Shown here piece after piece: positions 1 to 19,872 of a stretch of DNA of 64,000 nucleotides; position 1 is the first letter of the stretch; each line of letters opens with the position of its first letter. A program made the translations under genes and the position numbers. The notes beneath the pieces are model-generated. The model made no database searches. It was not told where the DNA came from and worked only from the letters and a program-made list of their open reading frames with translations. The stretch comes from the human T2T-CHM13v2.0 reference genome, Homo sapiens. Location of the stretch: NCBI RefSeq assembly GCF_009914755.1, contig NC_060927.1, one strand, 5' to 3'.

Positions 1-54
1 AACAACCCTGTAATGATACATTTAAGAATTATTCAAAGGTGCTACATGGCAGGG

Positions 55-275
55 TTAGAGAATAAAAAGAACGTGGTGTTTGAAGCAAAACAGATCTGTA
101 TTGGCATCTTGGTTCTACCTTTTATCAGATGTTGTTGCCTTGTGCAAATCACATTTTCTCTGAGTCTCCATTTTCTCATTTATAACATGCGGAGAATAAT
201 ACTTATATTTGTGGTAGTAGTGTGAACATTAAAAAGATAATGTATGTGAAGTACCATTCGAGTGGTGAATACGTT
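55..275 (+). mobile_element. MIR SINE fragment
   Basis: Degenerate MIR core (ccttgtgcaaatcac...ctctgagtctccattttctcatttataa...ataatac). Confidence 0.65.
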
Positions 276-444
276 TTTATGAGAATGTCATACTGAAAAA
301 ATATTGCAAATATTAAAGTTTTAGGTAAGCCTAAACTTTAATCTACTTTAATTAAATGAATTGATTGACTCAACCATTCAGAATTTCTGTGTATGAGTGA
401 GATATGTGTGTAACATTATGAATCCTGAGAAAGCATTATCACCT

Positions 445-745
445 AGCTCTGTTTGTCGCCTTCATAGTTCACTCTTTTGGAAGTAATATGCTTGGTTTGG
501 TGATGAACCAATTGCCCACAATGGTTTTGGAATTCCTGTTGTTATTGCCTTTAGAGCCACTTTGAGTCACATGTGAAAACCATTCACGTTGCCCTATAGT
601 CAGAGGCTTTCAACCAAAACTAGTATTGCCTACTTGATCTCTCACTTTAATCACTACACTTGACCAAAATCTGGTGACTCTTGGCTGCTTCCAGTGACTA
701 TCTACTATCAAAAGGATGGGAATCTGCTACCAAAGAGAAAAAACT
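445..745. mobile_element. MARNA-like (Tc1/mariner) DNA transposon fossil
   Basis: ttttggaattcct...gcctttagagcc and gactcttggctgcttcca...tcaaaaggatgggaatctgctacca resemble the recalled MARNA consensus (D-F-W-L-F...KG region). Confidence 0.5.
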
Positions 746-766
746 GCATGCAAATCAACTGAGTTA

Positions 767-1090
<324 letters not shown>

Positions 1091-1119
1091 TTAAAAATTA
1101 CAGCCTTGCTCCAAAAAGT

Positions 1120-1480
1120 TCACTTCTGGATAATTATTTTGAGAACATAATTATGTGCATAAAAATTTACTAGGACATGTAGTGCAGCATTTTTATCATA
1201 GTGACATAAACAACCTAAGTGGGTCATTGGTTAAATAAATTAATATTACCACTCTATAGATTACTGTGGTTACAAAGTATGTAGAAAGATATTCATACTA
1301 TATTAAGTAAAAGAAACAGGTTACCAGAGTAAAATAAACCTGGTTTTATAAAGGAAAATAAATGTAAACATACAAGATATGTTTGTAACAGGAGAACTTA
1401 GGAAGATTTATACCCAGACTGGTAGTAGTGGTTGTCTTTGTATGATTGTGGGTAAATTTAAATTCCCTTCCACCTTTATG
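1120..1480 (+). mobile_element. Old L1M (L1ME-like) 3' fragment
   Basis: gcagcatttttatcatagtga...aaacaacctaagtg...attggttaaataaatt is typical of the L1M 3' region. Confidence 0.55.
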
Positions 1481-1487
1481 ATTTTCA

Positions 1488-1737
1488 TTTTTTTTTTTTT
1501 TCTGAGACAGAGTCCCACACTGTTGAGTGCAGTGGCATGAATCTCGGCTCACTGCAACCTCTGCCTCCTGGGCTCAAACAATCGTCCTATCTCAGCCTCC
1601 CAAGTAGCTGGAACTATAGGCATGTGCCACCGCACCCAGCTAATTTTTGTATTTTTTTGTAGAGATGGAGTTTCCCTATATTGCCCAGGCTGGTCTCGAA
1701 CCTTCTGGACTCAAGCTATTGTTCACCTCAGCCTCCC
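1488..1737 (-). mobile_element. AluJ, 5'-truncated
   Basis: PolyT then Alu body; flanks cctttatgattt / ccttttgtgattt. Confidence 0.9.
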
Positions 1738-1998
1738 TTTTGTGATTTCTAATTTATTTTTAGTAATTAACAAATATGTATTGCTTGTATAAATTTTTTC
1801 AAGCTAAAATAAATTCCAAATTGGCTTTCATAGTTGAATGAGTAATTAACTTGTCAGAGTACCCACCCCCATCTTTAAAGGGGCTAATGTTCATTTGCAC
1901 TGAGGAATTCTGGTGTGTTCACTCAACAGTCAGTCTTATAATGTTAAAAATGCTTTGTACATATATTCATAGAACTATAATGCTGGAGAAACCCTTAA

Positions 1999-2391
<393 letters not shown>

Positions 2392-2444
2392 TGTTTCTTT
2401 TTCTGCTACTCCATGTTGTGTCTCCAGGTTTCAGTGGTTTCATA

Positions 2445-2630
2445 TGCATTCATTTAGCAAATACTTATTGAGTGTCTGATGTTAGGCACCGTGCCAGATC
2501 CTGACAATACTCAGTCCCTATCTTCATAGAGCTTTTGGTATGGAGGTGAAATACAGGCAAGGAAGCTGGCAATTAAAATACAATGTAATAGAAGAAGACA
2601 CTGGAGACTATGGAACCATAGAAGCATTGA
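2445..2630 (-). mobile_element. L2 3' fragment
   Basis: cattcatttagcaaatacttattgagtgtct...ggcaccgtgccag. Confidence 0.65.
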
Positions 2631-2889
2631 GTGCATTTCCTCTCACCTTCAACCACTCAACCTTCCAAGCTGGGGATATCTGGCTACAGAGCCAAAGGTA
2701 AGTTTCCCTTCTAGATCGTCTAAGGAACAGGTCTGGTTTCTCTTGAAGCACATGTCATTGAAAACCATTAAGATCTGATCTTGATTTTCTTTAAAAAGGC
2801 ATTATGACTGGGAAGCATTTTTAAGGCTTTGTGTGTACTCTCCTGGAGTTTTCCCCTGTTAAATGGTTTGAACTGTAACTTGCGAGTAA

Positions 2890-3209
<320 letters not shown>

Positions 3210-3467
3210 TAAGGATTTTTTTTTTTTAAGCCAAGAAAAAGTGTTTTAGCCAGACAGGCTCTTTGAAAGGCGTCTCCTATTGATGAGCTGGGGCATGGAT
3301 TGGATGGATCTAAATCCCTTGCACATGGAGGCAAGTGTCCACCATGTCTTATTGTTTGTGTTTATCGTGCTGTTCATTCAGTAGATTGAGCAGGACCTTT
3401 TTTTTTCCCTAAAGATTCAGCGCCTTTCAGCCCAAATCTTAAAATTATGTGATCTGTTACCCTGTCA

Positions 3468-3869
<402 letters not shown>

Positions 3870-4467
3870 TCATGAGCATTACGAATAAGAAAGGCAAAGG
3901 GACCAGGGGAGGGAGAAAGGAACAAGTAGAGAAACTGTTGCTGGTTGTGCTCCTTGTCATTTTCACCTTTTGAACTGGCCAGAGAATATCTGGGCAACCA
4001 GACTTCATTTAGCAGAGATTCAAACTTCTACTTTATGAAATTTCATCCTAGGATTTTTCTTTATCCTAAGTTCTGTGTGCTCATTTATCCCATCAGCATG
4101 AGCATCGTGCTCCACATAGAATTGGAAGCAGGTGTGCCTGCTTGGAATAGCATTCTTTTCACTCTTAAATGGCGGGATCCCTTCCTGCTAGACTGAGGAT
4201 CCTTCCTCATGGCAGGTTCTACAAGCAAACAAGGGAGGAGCTGCAAAGGCACTAAAAATACCAACCATTTCAATTTTTTGAATCTCAGGCTTCTGCCATA
4301 AATTACTTCACTGTGTAATCTTTGCATAGTTATGTCATTTTGTTTTGGGTTGAAAACTTGCTCTGAGATAATTAGCCCATGCTTATTTAGCCTCCCCCAT
4401 TACCCCTCCTCCTGCACTTCATAGCTAATCTTCAAAGAGTTAATGTGTTTTGAATATCTTAAACCAA

Positions 4468-4609
4468 ATTTTTGTTTTATTTTTTATTTTTAGAGACTGG
4501 GTCTAGTTCTGTTGATCAGGCTGGTCCTGAACTCCTGGCCTCAAGCGATCCTCCTGCCTCCCCCTGCCAAAGTACTGAAATTTTAGGCATGAACCACCAT
4601 GCAAGGCCT
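4468..4609 (-). mobile_element. FLAM / Alu left monomer
   Basis: Single monomer with T-rich tail. Confidence 0.85.
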
Positions 4610-4950
4610 TATTTTCTTTAAATAGTGTTTATAGAGCTCATTACATTTACATTTTCTTCTACGAAGTAAATTTGGGATAGTTTTAAAGTTGAGCATTCTA
4701 ATGTAGCACTTTATGTACCTAATCACATTTTTTAAAAAATCCATAAGAGTTTATTCAGTCATGCAACTTCGGCAAATAAAGTTCTATATTTTAAATACTT
4801 TTGCCAAAATTAGGTGGTAAATACATATGTGCTATGTGCACATATAGCCCTTTTTATCAATGAAGATGAGTAAGTACTGTGATATCACCTGGAATAAATA
4901 GAACCTTCTGCCTAAGTCATCTGTCTTTGAATACCTAAAATACATTTATT

Positions 4951-5207
4951 GGCCGGGCACAGCGGCTCATGCCTGTAATCCCAGCACTTCAGGAGGCCGA
5001 GGCAGGTGAATCACCTAAGGTCAGGAATTCGAGACCAGACTGGCCAACATGGCGAAACCTCATCTCTACTAAAAAAAAAAGAATAATAATAATACAAACA
5101 AATTAGCCAGACGTGGTGGCACATGGTGTAATTCCAGCTACTTGGGCGGCTGAGGCAGAAGAATCGCTTGAACCTGGGAGGCGGAGGTTGCAGTGAGAAA
5201 ATAATAA
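4951..5207 (+). mobile_element. AluS lacking its last ~55 nt
   Basis: Body stops at gcagtgag; perfect TSD taaaatacatttatt at 4936-4950 and 5208-5222. Confidence 0.92.
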
Positions 5208-5255
5208 TAAAATACATTTATTTTTCTGGCCTCATGTTATAGCAAAGTCCTCAAA

Positions 5256-5490
5256 ATCCCAGCAACTCTGGAGGCCGAAGCAGGAGGGTCGCTTTAGCCC
5301 AGGAGTTTGAGACCAGCCTGGGCAACATAGTGAGACCTCCATCTCTAAAAAAATTAAAAGTAAAGTAGCCAGGTGTAGTGGCACATGCCTGGAGTCTCAG
5401 CTCCTCAGAAGGTTAAGGCAGGAGGATCACTTGAGTTCCGGAGTTCAAGACTGCAGTGAGCTATGCTTGCACAGGGTCTCTAAAATAATA
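5256..5490 (+). mobile_element. AluJ partial
   Basis: Diverged Alu with 5' and 3' deletions. Confidence 0.85.
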
Positions 5491-5510
5491 ATGTTTTAAA
5501 TTTTTAAAAA

Positions 5511-6290
<780 letters not shown>

Positions 6291-6392
6291 TCAACTAATT
6301 TCCCATTAGGAAACTTTTGAATTGTTGATAAGCTTCTTTTAATGAAGTATATCAAAAGAGACAAACTAAATGACTTCTATAAATTACATCCT

Positions 6393-6697
<305 letters not shown>

Positions 6698-6907
6698 GAA
6701 TTACGTCCTTCCCCAATCTATTGATTCCCTAATATCAGTAAGTCATTGATACTGATTCTAAAGTTATAAGAAGTCCAAAACAAGAGAGCACTTAGGATTA
6801 CTGTCATACTTACAATTTAAATTTAGAAATTGTTTTCAAAATTGATCAAAGTAGATAATTTTCTTAAAACTGTGTCTTCAACCACTATTTGAAAAGCTAT
6901 AGGCCTC

Positions 6908-7469
<562 letters not shown>

Positions 7470-7639
7470 TAGGTGCACCTCTCCTCATAGTTTACCCCTC
7501 CTTCCCTAGGCTATAATTGTTGGTTGCTTCTCTGTCTTCTCTATGAGATAGTAAGTTCCCAGAGTTCCCAGAGGGCAACTAAATACTGGGTCTTTACTCA
7601 CTTTGGTATAACTGAAACCTAGTACAGTTCCTAGAACAT

Positions 7640-7976
<337 letters not shown>

Positions 7977-8342
7977 TAGATATTTAATAAATATTTGTTG
8001 CAGAAAGGGAGTAGAACCCTGGTCTGAAGGTGGACTTGAATCAATACTTTCTGGTTGCTAACAGTGGCCATTCATAGATAGTATGATGGTGTGCCCTCTG
8101 GTCTGGAATAAAATCACTTAGTGGCAGTAAACATTGTTACCACGAATGTAAATTTGACTGCGGCAAAGGACCTTATTTCTTACCAAATTTTAGAGTTTCT
8201 TAAAGCATACACTTAATGAGAAAAGCTGAACCTAGTTTTCACCAATTACTAGATAGAAAGACTGAATAAACATTTATTTATGCCTGCCTTGTTTCAGTAA
8301 AGCTTTAAGGTGGCCTTACACAGATATATAAAATATGGAATA

Positions 8343-8626
8343 GGCTGGGCACAGTGGCTCATGCTTGTAATCCCAGCACTCTGGGAGTCTGAGGCAGGAG
8401 GATAGCTGAATCCCTGAGTTCAAAACCAGCCTGGGCAACATAGCGAGAGCCCACCTCTACAGAAAATTTTAAAATTAGCCACGCGTGGTGGTGCACAACT
8501 GTGGTCCCAGCTACTCGGGAGACTGAGGTAAGGATCACTTGAGCTCAGGAGGTTGAGGCTGCATGAGCCAAGATCATGCCACTGCACTCCAGCCTGGGCA
8601 ACATGAGGAGACCCTGTTAGATAAAA
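8343..8626 (+). mobile_element. AluJ
   Basis: Diverged dimer; TSD-like aaaatatggaata / aaaatatagaata. Confidence 0.9.
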
Positions 8627-8880
8627 TATAGAATATCATGGCTTAAATCGGGGGTTGGGGGGGAGAAAAGAAAGTAAAATAAGAGAATATAAAATTGAGC
8701 CAAATAAGTAAAATAAAATTGGGCCACGACTGAGGAGGAAAAATTACCCCATGCCACCTTGCACATACTGGGTCTAAGCTTTCTAATAATCAAAATCCTA
8801 GACAGTTACCAAAGTCATCGTCCATAAAATTAATAATAAATTATTGAAAAATATGAAGGCTAGGAATTTCTGTCAGGGCT

Positions 8881-9170
8881 ATTTATTTGGAGATGGTCTC
8901 TGTCACCTAGGCTGGAGTGCAATGACAGGATCATAGCTCACTGCAGCCTCAAACTCCTAGGCTCAAGCAATCTTTGTCTCAGCCTCCTGAGAAGCTGAGA
9001 CTGCAAATGTGTGCCACCATGCCCGGCTTATTTTTTTATTTTTTATTTTCTGTAGAGACTGGGTCTCCCTGTGTTGCCCAGGCTGGTCCCAAACTCCTGG
9101 ATTCAAGCAATCCTCCTGCTTCAGTCTCCCAAATTGCTGGGATTTCAGGCCTGAGCCACCATGCCTGGCC
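8881..9170 (-). mobile_element. AluJ
   Basis: Diverged dimer; flanks cagggct / cagggtt. Confidence 0.9.
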
Positions 9171-9197
9171 AGGGTTCTTCTTTTTAAATGCATGCTG

Positions 9198-9262
9198 GCT
9201 CTACACAGTGTTGCTTTGAACTAAAACTGCTCTAAAATTCTCTCTCTAAAAAAAAAAAAAAA
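9198..9262 (+). mobile_element. ~50-nt L1MC-like 3' terminus with polyA and TSD
   Basis: ttgctttgaactaaaactgctctaaaa resembles an L1MC1-type 3' end; A15 tail; TSD gcatgctg at 9190-9197 and 9263-9270. Confidence 0.55.
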
Positions 9263-9336
9263 GCATGCTGTGTAAGCATGCTTAAAGCATGATATAGGGA
9301 GTCTTGAATATCTTCTTTTTTTCAAAAGTATCCTAA

Positions 9337-9603
9337 GTCGAGGCCAAGGTGGAAGGATCCCTTGAGGCCAGGAGTTCAAGACAAACCTAGGCAACATAGC
9401 AAGACCCTGTCTACAAAACTAAAAATTAAAAAATTATTCAAGTGTGGTGGTACACAACTCTAGTCCCAGCTACTCAGGAGGCTGAGATGAGGAGATCCCT
9501 TGAGCCCAGGATATCAAGACTGCAAGTGAGCTGTGATGGTGCCACTGAACTCCAGCCTGGGCAACAGAGCAAAACCCTATCTCTAAAAACAAAGAAAGAA
9601 AAA
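9337..9603 (+). mobile_element. AluJ, 5'-truncated
   Basis: Flanks tatcctaagt / tatcccaagt. Confidence 0.88.
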
Positions 9604-9659
9604 CACCACAGATATCCCAAGTAGACGGAAAAAAATAACACCATTTGTCAAAGCTGGGA

Positions 9660-10301
<642 letters not shown>

Positions 10302-10583
10302 AGGAACTCCTAATCAAGCAAATTCTTTGTCATCAGCTAAGGAGCTCACTGAGTCAAACAAGTTGTTCTTGACCTCCTAGTCTTCTGGTACCCTGGGTCT
10401 GCTGCAGGCCTGTTTCTGGGCAGGCCTTCCCTGGAGCAGCATCAGACTCTTAATTTTGTGTGGAGTTACTGGGTAGGGCACTATTCCTATATAGAGCCGA
10501 TGATCAGCAGTCCTCACCTAAGAAAAGCAGTCTTTTCTAGCCCTGTGTTCTGTGGCAGTGAAGCACACTAGGTGTTCCAGTCA

Positions 10584-11123
<540 letters not shown>

Positions 11124-11281
11124 TCAGTGGAGCTACCAACTGGCAACCTCTGGTCTAATTAAGCCTAGAATTCTAAAGCACTAGAGGTGCCTTATGCTGG
11201 GGTTGGACTTCACAGACCAATAAAATGTTCCAGAAATTTTGGAGCTAGACTCAGGGTTGCCAAACGTTTTATTTTACTGAA

Positions 11282-12053
<772 letters not shown>

Positions 12054-12158
12054 CTAAGCTATAACAGTTTTTAATGTAAAAAACATACCAAACGCTACTA
12101 TTAACTCACCATTTAATTAAAGAAAGGCCATTACAATACTTGAAAAATAGGATACACC

Positions 12159-12903
12159 AGGTTTGCAGATGCTGCTGCCACTGGGAGCCCCGTATTACCA
12201 GCCATGGTCAACCCCACCATGGTCTTCGATATTGCTGTCAACGACAAGCCCTTGGGCCGTATCTCCTTTGAGCTGTTTGCAGACAAGTTTCCAAAGACAA
12301 CAGAGAACTTTCATGCTCTGAGCACTGGAGAGAAAAGATTTGGGTGTAAGGGTTCCTGCTTTCACAGAATTATTCCAGGGTTTGTATGTCAGGGTGGTGA
12401 CTTCACATGCCACACTGGTGGCACATCCATCTACAGGGAGAAATTTGATTGCAAGAACTTCATCCTGAAGCATATAGGTCCTGGCATCCTGTCCATGGCA
12501 AATGCTGGACCCAACACAAGTGGTTCCCAGTTTTCATGTGCCCTGCCAAGACTGAGTGGTTGGATGGCAAGCATGTGGCCTTTGGCATGGTGAAGGCATG
12601 AATATTGTGGAGGCCATGGAGCGCTTTGGGTCCAGGAATGGCAAGACCAGCAAGAAGATCACCATTGCTAACTGTGGACAGCTCTACTAAGTTTGACTTG
12701 TGTTTTATCTTAACCACCAGACCATTTCTTCTGTAGCTCAGGGGAGCACCCCTCCACCCCATTTGCTCGCAGTATCCTAGAATCTTTGAGCTTTCACTGC
12801 AGTTCCCTTTGGGTTCCATGTTCTCCTTATTCCTTTCATGCCTAGCTGGATTGCAGAGTTAAGCTTATGATTATGAAATAAAAACTAACAGCAACAACAA
12901 AAA
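12159..12903 (+). pseudogene. Processed pseudogene of cyclophilin A (PPIA-derived; the specific PPIAP locus was not identified)
   Basis: ORF 12204-12593 reads [12 protein letters not shown]...[13 protein letters not shown]...[13 protein letters not shown], matching PPIA, and is intronless. 5'UTR-like gtttgcagat...gccATGG. Lesions: 6-nt in-frame deletion (N71-G72) near 12413, -1 frameshift near 12533, -4 deletion near 12593. The C-terminus [29 protein letters not shown] continues out of frame to TAA at 12688-12690. PPIA 3'UTR follows, with AATAAA 12877-12882 and an A-rich tail. TSD aggatacacc at 12149-12158 and 12904-12913. Confidence 0.97.
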
Positions 12904-12915
12904 AGGATACACCTA

Positions 12916-13190
12916 ATCCACAGTTTCTTATGAAACCCTGGAGGCCAGATGTATTTTGGAATTGCAATGTATTTACATTTTTGAAAGGTTAATATGGTGA
13001 ATGTAACACTTCATAGTAAAATGCAAAATTTCCAGTAACCATGTGAATATTCAACTAAGTGGAATAAGTAAAGGCTATAAATAACTATGTCAGTTCAGGT
13101 CAGAGTTTTCTGCAAAATGAGTTTTTATACCAAACCAAAAAAAAAAAAAAAAAAAAACTTGGTTTTCAGAGCCCTTTGCATATGGACTGT
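12916..13190 (+). mobile_element. Tigger12-like DNA transposon fossil
   Basis: tccacagtttcttatgaaaccctggaggccagatgtattttggaatt...ggttttcagagc...tggactg resembles the recalled Tigger12 ends. Confidence 0.5.
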
Positions 13191-13635
13191 TATCAAGAAA
13201 GGAAAAGTCCTTTAAATGGACCAGCTTTAGGGCTATGGCCTTATTTTCCTCAGGTCACCCTAGTCCACTGGAGATTGCACTAATGGTTGGACATTTAGGA
13301 GCGTCTGATCTAAGCCAAAGCAAATCTTTATACAACTTCCCCAGTTTCATCTGACTCCCTCTTGAAACTGGTAGCAAGCCACCGCACATGGCAGCATTTC
13401 ATAATGTTAAGTGTTCCTAAATCTGTTTTTTAGTGTTTCATAGCTGCATTGGTCCTAGTTCTAATTGCTGTGCTACCCAGAACTCAACTCCTGCTTTTAT
13501 GAGACTCCTCTGGAATGTACCTCTCCAAGCTGGCATAAGGCCCAATGAGCTTGGCTCCCTTAGCTGTCCTTGTCGTGTGACAAGCTTGCCTTCCATGCCA
13601 AGTGCCTTCAGGGCTTTCCAGAATGGCTCCCATGT

Positions 13636-14225
<590 letters not shown>

Positions 14226-14949
14226 CGCTGTGTGTGTGCCTGCACTGTACAAAAACTGCCCCCAGTGCAGGGGAGGATTCACACTTTTGGTTGTGATGAG
14301 CCAGCTGGCTGGCTTAAGCAGAAAGAGAACTTATCATGAGGCTACAGTGCAGGGTATTGCTGTATCTGCCTCTCTGTCTTCATCCCAGTCTACATCAGAA
14401 ATTCCTCTCCCTGCTCTCAGCCCCTGGAGGATTTCTTCTGTGACCCTTCTCTTACCCTGAGCATTTTCTACCCCATTTGGGGCATTTTCTACCCCAAATG
14501 ACCCAGTTGCCTGGTGTCATTTCTCTCTCCTATTAAACTATAAACCCCTAACAGCAGGGCTGTGCCTTACTTGCCTGTGCCACCTTCCAGCCCCCCACTG
14601 CTCTGGAAAGTGTGGCCTGCAGGCTTTCAGATTTTCTCCATGTTGACCCTGCCTTGGCCTTCCCATGGGGAGGTACTCAAGTTTCCTTTTCTGTGTTATC
14701 TCCTACAGTCCCTTGCAAAGATTCAGATCTCTGGCTCCAGGCATTTATTGCATTTTTCTGATCAAAGCTCTCTTCCGAGCAGGATATTTTCCATACCGGA
14801 AGCTTAAGAGAGTCCACAGTGAACCATGGGAAGAATGGGGTGATCGTAATTTTCTCAAGTTCTTGCATTGATTTAACACAAGAAAAGGACTTGGATCCTT
14901 TGCTCAGCGTCTCCTCTGAGCACTTTAGTTAATTCGGCATACATATACT

Positions 14950-15111
14950 TTTTTTTTTTTTTGAAACTTTTTTTTTTGGAAACTTTTTACTTTGATATGA
15001 TTTTAAATTTGCAGAAGAGTTGCAAGAATAGCACAAGGAACTCACATTTGCCCTTCACCCAGATTTTCCAGTTTACACCTCGCCTCATTTGCTTTCTCTC
15101 TGTGTGTGTAT

Positions 15112-15143
<32 letters not shown>

Positions 15144-15240
15144 GTATTTTTTTTCTGAACTGTTTGAGAATGTCATTCATTTTGTTCCTTTGCCCCTACA
15201 CACTTTAGTGTGTATTTCCGTGAAAGAAGGATATTCTCTT
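14950..15240 (-). mobile_element. L1MC5-like 3' fragment containing (CA)n at 15112-15138
   Basis: ttttaaatttgcagaagagttgcaagaatagcacaaggaactc...cccttcacccagatt. Confidence 0.7.
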
Positions 15241-15999
15241 TACTTTGTACCAGGAGTGCTGGTTTCTTGCCCTAATATAGTGTTTACTGGCAACTGGAGG
15301 GTTGGGGGGACAAGGATCTTATGGATCTGAAGGAATTAGTCAAGAAGTTGTCACAGCATCTCTTTCCTCCTAACTAGATCCTGCAGGGACAGAAACCCAC
15401 TCTGAGAAGTATGAGGCTGGGTCATCTAAGATAAGTCTGCCTGTTCTTTCTGGATGAAAATGTGATTGTTGTCACAGGTCCAAAGCCAAACACATTTTGG
15501 GAAAGGTGGCATCAATTAACCCAGCCAGCCTCAGACCTTGAGACATTTTTACGGTCTGTGCAACACAAGAATCGAGAAGGAAAAGACGTCGTACCACTGC
15601 ACTTGCAGAGAAGCTTTGTTTTCCATCTCAGCCCTTGCTGCCTGTGCTAACAGTCGCAATCCTAACATCCTACCTGGACATCATCTTCCTGCCATCATCA
15701 TCTGAGCCTGGGGTCCCCCCAACCTTCCTGCTCTTAACCAAGTTCCGAGAGATTCTGGGATTCAGGGGCTCCCAAAACAGCTGTGAGCAACCTTCCTCAA
15801 TTGAGTCCCCACTCTTTTGGTTATGCCTAGTGGATAGATGGACAAGTGGAACAACTTTTTTTTCCTAATATAAAATTAATACATGCTTCTTGGGGAAAAA
15901 ACATAAGTATAGAAAAATATGAAGAAGGGATACAGATCACCTGTAAACTTACTATAGTTCTGGTATCCACCCTTTCAGATTCCATCAGGAATGAACATT

Positions 16000-17450
<1,451 letters not shown>

Positions 17451-17511
17451 GTGATGAAAAAGGACTCCCGCCATACCACTGTATAGCAGCCTGCTGTTTT
17501 CTCTCAACAGT

Positions 17512-18410
<899 letters not shown>

Positions 18411-19534
18411 CATTCGATCTCAGTACTTGTATATTGTGGTTAAAGTGGAAAGCCGCACAGTTCCTTGGACTCTATTAACCAGCATTCCCCAGCCCTGTGG
18501 GCCCCTCCCACCAGGAGTCCACAGCCTGCCTGACACGATGCAGCAACTCCCCGTAACCCCTTGCTGCCCACCACCATACCGTTTTTCTAGGTGGGAATGA
18601 CATCCAGGCATACCCAGATGCTTCCAGGCTAGACCGTATTGTGCCCAGCCTTACTGTTCGCATCTCACTGGCCATGACGGCTAATAGCCACCATCGATTA
18701 AGGCCTTGTCATAAGCCAGGCCCCTCACCCCCAGAGCTCCTTTAATCCTCACAGCCACCCTGCTAGGCAGCCACTGTCATTCTCCCTTTTGCAGCTGCTA
18801 CAACGATTGATTAACTTGTGCAAGGTCCTGAAGCTGGCAGGCAGGGAGGCCAGGACTTCTACCCATCCGTCAGACTCCTAAGGATGGGGACAGTGATGAA
18901 CAAAGCACAGCATCCACAGTGCCTGGCACACCACAGTCACCCAGACAGCCAGATAGAAGGCTGCATGAATCGGCGCTCTTCATCCCTCCCTAAGCTCTCC
19001 CTCTGTTGAGAAAATGTCTGAGAAAGCATTCCGCACACTATAAAGCATTACACAAATATGAGCATGGCTGTGAAGATGATTAGGAGTCCGAAACCTCAGG
19101 TTCGGGTTGGGCTCCTGATTTTTCTGATGGCCACCTCCTCCTAGTCATTGGCACGTTAACCTCAAACACCTGAGCGCCACCAAACCTCAGCATATCCCTA
19201 GCTTCTCCTTTGCTTTGCCTGAAACAAAGCAAGTCTTTTATAAGCAAGGGAGAGGGCCTGTGGTGGCCTTGCTTTTGCGAACGTGCTTTCACCTCCTTCC
19301 AGTTCATTGCTTTCATACAAAATTCCAGACGCACAGCGCAGGCAGACAGAAGCCTCATTCATAGCCAGAGGTCCCTCAGGCTGGGGTTTCCACGCCTCCT
19401 TCCCCTTCCCCCTCATCTCAGTCTCCTGCTGAAGTTGCGATCCACATGAAGCCACAGAGGTAGACTCAGGGCAAAGAAGAGTTTTTAATGTTGCTGATGG
19501 GGGTGAGGAGAGGGTGGCCCTCGGAAGGCCACCA

Positions 19535-19680
19535 CATGGCATGGTGGAAAGAGCCCTGGATTTGCTTGACAATAGACTACTGCATTCCAGATTGGTTCCA
19601 CCGATTGGTAGTCAAATGAACTTGGACAAGTCATTGACCCTGTCTTCTTGGAAAGACGTGGATCTCAGAATCCTTCACAA
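19535..19680 (+). mobile_element. MIR3/MIR fragment
   Basis: atggcatggtggaaagagccctggattt...acttggacaagtcatt. Confidence 0.55.
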
Positions 19681-19872
19681 CGCTTTGCTCCTGATAGCTA
19701 GTACCTGTTCAGCAGAGTCGGCACAAGCTCACACAGCCCTTGACCTCCTGTGGGCCAAGTGAACGCCTTCTTCCTGGTTTGGTTAAGTTGGCATAGAGCT
19801 GAGCATGGTGCTGCTGGTGGTTCTACTAAATTGTATGATGGTTTAAAAAAAAAAAAAAAAAACTGTCCTTGA

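Noticed and set aside
12460-12819. 119-aa minus-strand ORF
   Set aside because: Antisense shadow of the PPIA pseudogene.
19210-19232. 8-bp hairpin ttgctttg/caaagcaa
   Set aside because: Expected by chance in 64 kb and too short for a structural RNA.
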